Origin: a virus
Length of the DNA stretch: 64,000 bases
IMG/VR virus record: IMGVR_UViG_3300043470_000217
Location: 61,558-125,557 of that record
Direction: 5' to 3' (one strand)
Part shown: positions 56,542 to 64,000 of the stretch, piece after piece
How the letters are laid out: each line of letters opens with the position of its first letter
Position numbering within the stretch: the stretch's first letter is position 1
The notes under the pieces: generated by a model
The model's database searches: none
What the model saw: only the letters and a program-made list of their open reading frames with translations
Told to the model about the DNA's origin: nothing
Program-made: the position numbers and the translations under genes

Positions 56542-57090
56542 ATGGCAAACAAACATATTCTTAGTTTAGATATTCCTGATACACTTAACCTTAATGTATT
56601 AAGAGTTGTAGATACAAGCACGTACAGCACTGAATTGGCTGTAGCATGTCCTACCTTACAAATTTTGGTTCCGGGCTTTACAGAGCCTGTAACAGTGACT
56701 ATGGTGCAAGGTGGAGAGACTTTAGTAACAGCTTGTTCATTAGGTATACAAACTACCAACTGTGATACAGTACTTACAACATTGCCGGATGGTATTTATG
56801 TATTAAGATACAGTGTAGCACCAAATGACAAAGTATTTGTAGAATATAATTATCTTCGCATTACAGCAGCTGTAAATAAATATTATAATATATTCTGTAA
56901 TGTTAATTTATCTGGCTGTGAACCGTTACCTCCAGAAAGAGAGAAGCTTACTAAGTTAAGACTTTTACGTACTATGCTGGATGGTGCAAAATCTAAAGTA
57001 GAGTTTTGTCATAATAATGATCAAGGAATGGCTATTTATAACTATGTCCTTGCTCAATTAGACAAGCTCTCCTGTAGTTATTGTAATTAA
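56542..57090 (+). CDS. structural protein (possible tail hub)
   Basis: LPDGIYVLRYSV motif; synteny. Confidence 0.5.
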   Translation: MANKHILSLDIPDTLNLNVLRVVDTSTYSTELAVACPTLQILVPGFTEPVTVTMVQGGETLVTACSLGIQTTNCDTVLTTLPDGIYVLRYSVAPNDKVFVEYNYLRITAAVNKYYNIFCNVNLSGCEPLPPEREKLTKLRLLRTMLDGAKSKVEFCHNNDQGMAIYNYVLAQLDKLSCSYCN

Positions 57091-57096
57091 ACCAAC

Positions 57097-57291
57097 ATGG
57101 GAGTTAAATCAAATATGAAATGTCCAAATTGCGGAACCCAGTTATCCTGCGGTTGCCAGTTAAGATCAGCCAGCAATGGCACAAGAGTATGTACTAGTTG
57201 TATGACTAGTTATGAACAACAACTTAAAACACAATCAGAATGGAAGCATGCAGCAGTTGTTATAACTGTGGATCAGAATCAACAAACGTAA
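57097..57291 (+). CDS. small Cys-rich protein
   Basis: CPNC..SCGC...CTSC. Confidence 0.55.
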   Translation: MGVKSNMKCPNCGTQLSCGCQLRSASNGTRVCTSCMTSYEQQLKTQSEWKHAAVVITVDQNQQT

Positions 57292-57494
57292 AGTTTGCTG
57301 AAGCTATTTACACACAATTTAAAAGAATGAAATACGGCATTGCAACATGCTGTGATGAAAATTGGGAACTAGATATCTACAACAAAGAGTTGTGTGATAT
57401 GAATGCCCTATTACAACCTAACCTTTTAGGTAATTCAGTAATTATCCCTGACAACTACCTCTTACTAGAGGATGGTAATAGAATCTTGATATGA
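57240..57494 (+). CDS. small Cys-rich structural protein
   Basis: YGIATCC, C-terminal LLLEDG. Confidence 0.5.
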   Translation: MEACSSCYNCGSESTNVKFAEAIYTQFKRMKYGIATCCDENWELDIYNKELCDMNALLQPNLLGNSVIIPDNYLLLEDGNRILI

Positions 57495-60400
57495 GCAGTT
57501 CAATAACCCAATTAAACGCATTACTCCCAGGAGGTGTAAATGGAGAGTATGATGTAATCCCTATTGTATCAGTAGGAGAAATAGCCCCTGATGGTTCTAT
57601 GGGAGTAACCCGTAAAATCACTGTAGAAAACTTAGCATACGTAATAGGATCCAGTGTTAATCCGGAGATTATTATGGATACTGTTGCAGCTCATACAGTA
57701 GGAGGAACCGGTATTGCTATAGTATATGATGATCTAAATGATCTTCTTACTATCTCTAATACATATACACCTCCGGTTGGGTTATTAAAAGTAGATAATC
57801 CATTATCTAGCACATTACAATTTGTAAAGGATGGTGCTAATACAAGTTCTGCATTACAGATATCCACTACTTCAGTTACAAATACTGGAGCTGGTAACGT
57901 TGCTACAAACACGGCATTTGGTGATAATGCGTTGATTAATAATACAACGGGTCAAGGCAATACCGCTAATGGCTTTCAAGCGTTGATTAATAACACTACG
58001 GGGAATGTCAATACAGCTATTGGTAGAAATGCCTTGCAAAACAACACCACCGGACCCAACAATACTGCTATCGGGGTGAATGCGTTACTTTCCAACACCA
58101 CAGGTAGTGCCAACACCGCTTTGGGGGTACAAGCGTTACAATTTAATACGGGTAGTGGCAACACGGCTAACGGGTTTAAATCCTTATTCAACAATACTAC
58201 GGGTAGTTTCAACACCGCAGTAGGTTTTGAAGCAGGCTTGAGTAACACATCTGCAACCAACAACTCTTTTGTAGGATATCGTGCAGGTAGTACAAATACC
58301 ACTGGTGGTGGAAACACCGCTGTTGGTACTGATTCAATGAGGTTGAACTCAACAGGAACGGGTAACACTGCTTTGGGTTATTTGGCTATGGAGAACAACA
58401 CCAATAGCAATAATACGGCATTGGGTTATAGATCTCTTAGAGCTAATACAAGTGGTAGTTTAAATACTGCAGTAGGTGTAGATGCTTTGTTAAGTAATAC
58501 TACAGGTACAAGTAACGTAGGTGTTGGTTATCAGGCGTTAAATACGAATATAACGGGTATCAACAATACTGCATTAGGTACTCAATCTTTGTTCACTAAC
58601 GATACAGGCTCAAGGAATGTTGCAGTAGGTAGGCAAACTATGTATTACAACACAAGTGGTGAAAGAAATACGGCAGTTGGTATTTCTGCGATGGGTAGCA
58701 ATACAACAGGTTCTTACAATACTGCTATGGGTGAGTGGGCTTTACAGTCAAATACTACAGGGGGCAATAATACAGCCATTGGTCGTGAAGCGTTAAAACA
58801 AAATGTTATAGGTAGTAACAATGTTGCTTTAGGATTTGGTGCTTTATTGTTTAACACCGCAGACAACAACACCGCAGTAGGGTATGAGGCAGGGTATAGT
58901 AATGCCGCAGGTGTAGAAGTAACCGCAATGGGATATGGTGCATTAAGAACAAGTACGGGAGGGTACAATGATGCGTTTGGATATTCTGCTGGATATAATG
59001 TTTCTACGGGTGTAGCAAATACTTTAATTGGAAGTCTTTCGGGATTGAGCACTACAACAGGGAATTACAACATTGGAATTGGTAGAGGTACTTTGTATTC
59101 TAACGTATCGGGAAATTCTAATGTAGCAATAGGTAAAGATTGTTTATTTAACAATACCGCCTCCAACAACACCGCAGTCGGGTTTCAAGCAGGGTATAGT
59201 AATACAAGTGGGCAAGTTACTGCGTTAGGATATTTGGCATTGAATAGCAATACTACAGGTGCAGAAAATACAGCAGTAGGTAGTAATTCTTTGCAATCTA
59301 ATACTACAGGCTCAGGCAATACTGCTATGGGATATGGTACGTTGCAATCTAATACTACAGGTGTTTACAATAATGGTTTTGGTCTTTTTGCTTTAAGGCT
59401 AAATAATACAGGTTCTCGTAATCATGCTTTTGGATTTTACTCTTTGCTAAACAATACTACGGGAAATGATAACGTATCTATAGGTTATTTCTCAATGTTA
59501 ACCAATGTCAGTGGAAGTAGTAATGTAGCGATAGGCAATAATACATTGCAAAATAATACCGCATCCAATAACACAGCAATAGGGCATCAAGCAGGAAATA
59601 GTAATACGAGTGGGGAAAATATAGTATCTGTTGGTTATCAAGCGCTACAATCTAACACTACAGGTAGCTATAATATTGCTATGGGTGTACAAGCATTACG
59701 CTCAAACACTACAGGTACAAACAATGTAGCTATTGGTACTTTGGCATCTTATCAGAGTTTAACAGCGAGCAATAACGTAGCCATTGGTCATATTACATTA
59801 GGTGCAAACCAAGGTAATTCAAACGTTGCAATTGGTTCACAAGCAGGGGCAAATAATACTACAGGTGGAGGAAATACTTTTATAGGTGCTGATGCTTCTC
59901 AATTTAACACTACAGGAAATTACAACGTATCTTTAGGTAACGGTGCTTTACAAACAAACGCAACAGGTTCAAGCAATACAGCATTAGGTTGGACAGCACT
60001 ACGTTTCAACACCGCCTCCAACAATGTAGCAGTAGGATTCCAAGCAGCGTATAGTAATACGAGTGGAACTAATAATACGGCATTGGGTTATACAGCATCG
60101 TATTCAAACACTACAAGTAGTTCTAATACATCAGTAGGATTTCAAGCATTATATGCTAACATAGGAGCAAATAATACCGCTATTGGTGATAGGGTATTAG
60201 TAAATACAACAACAGGAACTGCAAATACTGCTATTGGATCACTTTCAATGAGGTTAAATGTAGATGGTAGCACTAACGTTTCCATAGGCGTAAGTTCTTT
60301 GTATTCAAATATTTCAGGTAGTAATAACATTGCATTAGGATATCAATCATTATTTAACAATATCGCCTCCAATAACGTAGCAGTCGGATATCAGGCAGGA

Positions 60401-61183
60401 TTTACTAATACCAGTGGAACAGAAATAACAGCAATTGGTAATCAAGCATTGTATAATTCAACAGGAAGTTCCAATACTGCAGTAGGAACAATAGCCCTAT
60501 ATACAAATACAACAGGTATTCAAAACACAGCGTTAGGAAGAGCGGCATTACAAACAAATTCAACGGGTAGTACTAATACAGCAGTTGGCTACAACGCATT
60601 ATTTTCAAATTCAACAGGAAGTTCCAATACCGCAATAGGTTGGCGTTCATTAAATTCCAATAATGCTTCCGGCAATACCGCAGTAGGTTATGAAGCAGGG
60701 TTTAATAATACGAATGGTGAAATAACAGCAGTTGGATGGAAATCGTTATACTCAAATACATCAGGTCTTTACAATACAGCAGTAGGTCAACAAGCATTAG
60801 AAAAAAATACCACAGGTAATAATTTAACTGCTTTTGGTAATTTTACATTAGGTAAAAATACTACAGGAACTCAAAATTCTGCTTTTGGTCAAGGTGCCTT
60901 ATCAGAAAATTTAACAGGTGGATTTAATGTTGCTGTTGGACAAGGTGCTGGAAATACTAATACTACAGGTAGTGGTAATACAATGATTGGACATAGTGCT
61001 AATTCAGGTAATTTTGATAATAGCGTAATTATTGGTCGTAATGCAACCGCAACAGGAAGTAATCAATTTGTAGTAGGTACTGCTGCTCAAAACGCAGGTA
61101 CTGTAACAACAGAAGCAAATACTTCTACTAAGGTTTGGAATGTTAAGATTAATGGTGTAGACTATAAAATATTATTAGCATAA
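57491..61183 (+). CDS. long tail-fibre-like protein with YadA-head-like beta-roll repeats
   Basis: More than 1000 aa of NTAxG repeats; C-terminus shared with 42193. Confidence 0.75.
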   Translation: MSSSITQLNALLPGGVNGEYDVIPIVSVGEIAPDGSMGVTRKITVENLAYVIGSSVNPEIIMDTVAAHTVGGTGIAIVYDDLNDLLTISNTYTPPVGLLKVDNPLSSTLQFVKDGANTSSALQISTTSVTNTGAGNVATNTAFGDNALINNTTGQGNTANGFQALINNTTGNVNTAIGRNALQNNTTGPNNTAIGVNALLSNTTGSANTALGVQALQFNTGSGNTANGFKSLFNNTTGSFNTAVGFEAGLSNTSATNNSFVGYRAGSTNTTGGGNTAVGTDSMRLNSTGTGNTALGYLAMENNTNSNNTALGYRSLRANTSGSLNTAVGVDALLSNTTGTSNVGVGYQALNTNITGINNTALGTQSLFTNDTGSRNVAVGRQTMYYNTSGERNTAVGISAMGSNTTGSYNTAMGEWALQSNTTGGNNTAIGREALKQNVIGSNNVALGFGALLFNTADNNTAVGYEAGYSNAAGVEVTAMGYGALRTSTGGYNDAFGYSAGYNVSTGVANTLIGSLSGLSTTTGNYNIGIGRGTLYSNVSGNSNVAIGKDCLFNNTASNNTAVGFQAGYSNTSGQVTALGYLALNSNTTGAENTAVGSNSLQSNTTGSGNTAMGYGTLQSNTTGVYNNGFGLFALRLNNTGSRNHAFGFYSLLNNTTGNDNVSIGYFSMLTNVSGSSNVAIGNNTLQNNTASNNTAIGHQAGNSNTSGENIVSVGYQALQSNTTGSYNIAMGVQALRSNTTGTNNVAIGTLASYQSLTASNNVAIGHITLGANQGNSNVAIGSQAGANNTTGGGNTFIGADASQFNTTGNYNVSLGNGALQTNATGSSNTALGWTALRFNTASNNVAVGFQAAYSNTSGTNNTALGYTASYSNTTSSSNTSVGFQALYANIGANNTAIGDRVLVNTTTGTANTAIGSLSMRLNVDGSTNVSIGVSSLYSNISGSNNIALGYQSLFNNIASNNVAVGYQAGFTNTSGTEITAIGNQALYNSTGSSNTAVGTIALYTNTTGIQNTALGRAALQTNSTGSTNTAVGYNALFSNSTGSSNTAIGWRSLNSNNASGNTAVGYEAGFNNTNGEITAVGWKSLYSNTSGLYNTAVGQQALEKNTTGNNLTAFGNFTLGKNTTGTQNSAFGQGALSENLTGGFNVAVGQGAGNTNTTGSGNTMIGHSANSGNFDNSVIIGRNATATGSNQFVVGTAAQNAGTVTTEANTSTKVWNVKINGVDYKILLA

Positions 61184-61238
61184 AATGTCAATCTGACAGT
61201 ATTGTTATATTGGTATACATTGTGTTATATTTGCTATC

Positions 61239-61682
61239 ATGGAAAAAATTAATCTTAAATTAGCCGAATTCTTGAGTCTTGCCATTGAGTTATATGGTAA
61301 CCCTCAAAATCCTGAGTCTGAGTACAAAGGTATTCTTAATGAAAAAATGTCATTAACTACCAGGTACTGGTTGAATCACATTGGTAAACAAGCTGCTGAT
61401 GAAAAAGCTGCTATTGACAAATTGCGTGATGAGTTAGTAACTAAGTATGGTGAACCTACTGAAGATGGTAATATCCAGTTGATGGCTTATGTAGAAGAAG
61501 AGGTAGATGGCCAGAAAGTACAGAAGATTAACCCTAAGTTTATTGAGTTTCAAAATGAATTTGGTGCGTTATTGGATCAGGAAAAAGAGTTCAGTTATAA
61601 GCCTTTAGCTCTTGCTGATGTAGAGAGTATTGAGACTGCAGGTAACTGCCCGATCTTTTTAAAGTTATTAGTTGCTGAATAA
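61239..61682 (+). CDS. hypothetical protein (DUF1617-like)
   Basis: YWL...R.ELV.KYG...F..EF..LL; TATATTTG at 61226. Confidence 0.55.
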   Translation: MEKINLKLAEFLSLAIELYGNPQNPESEYKGILNEKMSLTTRYWLNHIGKQAADEKAAIDKLRDELVTKYGEPTEDGNIQLMAYVEEEVDGQKVQKINPKFIEFQNEFGALLDQEKEFSYKPLALADVESIETAGNCPIFLKLLVAE

Positions 61683-61767
61683 GCAATTAATACTTTTGAT
61701 TTTATTAGAAACTTTTCTTATATTATAGTGTACACTATCCCAGTGTGCACTATATTTTTATATAACC

Positions 61768-63288
61768 ATGTTACCCGTAGGATCAAATAATAAAAGTACA
61801 CCGTGTAGTGTAATATCTTCAAACTGTGTATCTTGGCAAGGCCCGGATATTCCATGTATTGGATTATGTAAAGGAGATACCGTTACTGACGTAGTATCTA
61901 AACTTGGAGAGTTGGTTTGTGATATTGATACAAGGGCTGCTGAAGTCTCTGTAAATGTTGCATGTTTAGGAGGAGGAGATTTTGTCTATACAAACTACAA
62001 TGATTTAATCCAGTATATTACAGATAAATTATGTGATCTATATACTATTGTAGATGATCTTGTTATTCCTACTCCTATTAGTCTTATCTGTGATGTTGCT
62101 CCTTGCTTACAAGCTGAGGCCGGTGCAACTACATTACCGGTAGTAGAATATGCTGAACTTATAGGTACTGAGTTCTGTGATTTAGAAACTACAGTAACTA
62201 ACTTATCTAGTGTAGTTAGTGGATATGGTACAAGTATCACTACTATTAATAATACCTTATCTACATTACCTACCACATACTCTCCAATTAATTCTACATA
62301 TGTTTGCTTAGGAACTGGTACAGCTACAATAGCTGCTATCCTTGCTACAGTAGAACAAGAGCTTTGTGATTTAGAAGCAGTTACCGGAACACCTGCAGAA
62401 TTAGCTGCTGAGATTGTACCTTTCTGTGATATCACTAATCAGCCTGCACTTTCTTTACCCGGTACTATGGCTTCTGCCTACCCTGATTGGAAAGTATCAG
62501 TAAATACATTAGCAGATACAATCAACAATATTTGGATTGCTCTTTGTGATATGCGTGGTTTAGTAACTCAGTTACAAGATTGCTGCACTAAGACTTGTGC
62601 TGATATTGACTTAGGATTCTTTGGTGTATTGGATGGTAGTACCTTGAGCATCTTTGCAAGTCCCGGAAGTGTTGTACCTACACAGTTTGTGCAGTGTCCT
62701 ACTCCAAGTTCTACAGTTACTATTACAGATACTAGTTCTAATAGCGCTACTTATACCTTCTCAAATATTACCGGTATTCTAGATGGTAGCACATCAAGAG
62801 ACTTTGACTTGTCAAGTTCTTCTTTGAACTTAGCTGAAGACTTTACTGTATCAGTTAACTACTGTTTCTTTAACAGTACTAATGATTTAACTTGTCAGAA
62901 CACTATTACATTCCCAGTAATCAATACTGTAGGATGTCCTACTGTAACTCTTACTTCTAGCTATTTGTTTAGTATTGGCGAGATTCAGTATTCATTTGTA
63001 AACTTGTTCCCAACTAGTCCTACCACTTCTTATAGAATTAACGTATATGATGCTACATTAGCTTTAGTATCTACAGCTGATACAAATGCTGCTAGCTTAT
63101 TACCTAACCCTGTAACAGGAGCTATAACCGGGTTGACTTTGGGTAACTACTATTTTGAAATACAAATTATTAATACACCAGTGGATGGTATTCCTACCGT
63201 AGTACGTACTTGTCCTAAGCAGTTGATCTCAATTGTTAGCACAGGTTGTGTATCTCCAACTAGCGTAGAAGCATATTTAATTAACTAA
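61768..63288 (+). CDS. Cys-rich structural / tail protein
   Basis: SSNCV.WQGPDIPC..LC.GD, coiled-coil segments, beta-rich C-terminus. Confidence 0.6.
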   Translation: MLPVGSNNKSTPCSVISSNCVSWQGPDIPCIGLCKGDTVTDVVSKLGELVCDIDTRAAEVSVNVACLGGGDFVYTNYNDLIQYITDKLCDLYTIVDDLVIPTPISLICDVAPCLQAEAGATTLPVVEYAELIGTEFCDLETTVTNLSSVVSGYGTSITTINNTLSTLPTTYSPINSTYVCLGTGTATIAAILATVEQELCDLEAVTGTPAELAAEIVPFCDITNQPALSLPGTMASAYPDWKVSVNTLADTINNIWIALCDMRGLVTQLQDCCTKTCADIDLGFFGVLDGSTLSIFASPGSVVPTQFVQCPTPSSTVTITDTSSNSATYTFSNITGILDGSTSRDFDLSSSSLNLAEDFTVSVNYCFFNSTNDLTCQNTITFPVINTVGCPTVTLTSSYLFSIGEIQYSFVNLFPTSPTTSYRINVYDATLALVSTADTNAASLLPNPVTGAITGLTLGNYYFEIQIINTPVDGIPTVVRTCPKQLISIVSTGCVSPTSVEAYLIN

Positions 63289-63290
63289 TC

Positions 63291-63824
63291 ATGAGCTGCA
63301 ATTGTATATCAACTCCCTGCGGATGCACAGAAACCGCTTTAACCTCTCCAGTAACTACGGTGTGTAACAATACCGAGCCCTGTGAAGAGATTACTGCCTT
63401 TGAATGTGTATCATATACCGGAAACAATATCTATGATATTGGGATTAATACCGGAGATAGATTAGATGTAGTGATTAAGAAGTTGGCTTTGTATCTTACA
63501 GATCCAACTTGCTTTGATCCTACAGCTACTTGTCAGAGTATTAAAAACTTTGAGATCTTAAATATCAAAGTAACTGAAGGAACTGTATTCTGGTCTTATC
63601 CTCCAGCTCCGGCTGCTATTACAGCAGTTAAGTTACAGTATAGCACAGATCCTACTTTTGCAACAGGTGTTGTACAGGTAGCATTATCTAGCTCTTATAC
63701 TCAATGGACTATCATTAACTTATTAGCTAATACAAACTACTACGTAAGAATTAAAACTAGTACTTCTGTATCTGTTGATTGTTGTACTTCTATTACATTA
63801 AACTTTAAAACATTAACTGCATGA
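63291..63824 (+). CDS. Cys-rich protein with C-terminal fibronectin type III domain
   Basis: CVSYTG..I...GI..GD shared with 61768; LLANTNYYVRIKT FN3 motif. Confidence 0.65.
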   Translation: MSCNCISTPCGCTETALTSPVTTVCNNTEPCEEITAFECVSYTGNNIYDIGINTGDRLDVVIKKLALYLTDPTCFDPTATCQSIKNFEILNIKVTEGTVFWSYPPAPAAITAVKLQYSTDPTFATGVVQVALSSSYTQWTIINLLANTNYYVRIKTSTSVSVDCCTSITLNFKTLTA

Positions 63825-64000
63825 GCACTTTATTTATAACCTTCACACCCCCATTTCCAGTACCGGTACAATATAAAATCCGGTATAAGGAAAGTACTGC
63901 TATCAGTTTTACAGAGTTGATTGTACCTACTACAGGATTATCACCTGAAGAATTTAGCATTACCGGTTTAACTAGCGGTGTTACATATGATGTAGAAGTA
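63821..64000 (+). CDS. FN3-containing protein, N-terminal fragment (runs off window end)
   Basis: MSTLFITFTPP..YKIRYK...ITGLTSGVTYDVEV. Confidence 0.6.
   Translation, partial: MSTLFITFTPPFPVPVQYKIRYKESTAISFTELIVPTTGLSPEEFSITGLTSGVTYDVEV

Noticed and set aside
42193-61183. Diversity-generating retroelement acting on fibre C-termini
   Set aside because: No reverse transcriptase in the window, and the similar segments differ at all bases rather than only at adenines
57491-61183. Ice-nucleation or antifreeze protein
   Set aside because: The repeat is the ~14-aa NTAxG beta-roll of adhesin/fibre heads, not the ice-nucleation AGYGSTxT octapeptide
1-64000. Stop-codon reassignment as in some gut crAss-like phages
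   Set aside because: Known genes are full length in the standard code, TAA/TGA/TAG all end genes, and there is no suppressor tRNA

Overview
The window is part of an AT-rich, crAss-like (Crassvirales-related) phage genome. Bacteroidetes-type TAnnTTTG promoters and A-rich translation starts point to a Bacteroidota host. It has two divergent arms that meet at a GC-rich, palindrome-dense non-coding switch (about 28.58-29.01 kb). The minus-strand arm (1-28.6 kb) carries replication and nucleotide genes (primase, DnaB, Sak4-like ATPase, SSB-like proteins, SF2 helicase, ung, thyA, a MoxR/VWA pair), many small cassette-like ORFs and an RNA-rich region. The plus-strand arm (29.7-64 kb) carries TerL, portal, scaffold, major capsid protein, two free-standing homing endonucleases and fibre/structural genes. 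Three things stand out. (1) An RNA system at 23.8-28.1 kb: three tRNA-shaped RNAs with intact acceptor, D and T arms but scrambled anticodon arms alternate with unrelated structured RNAs, followed by a real tRNA-Leu(UAA) with a ~200-nt structured RNA, and a twister ribozyme with a ~90-nt insert. (2) Five capsid-adjacent proteins share a ~40-aa N-terminal 'P-x-S-P-D...AKFGHLN' module fused to different payloads. (3) Three replication proteins share an N-terminal MISTK tag. All calls were made by eye, without database searches.
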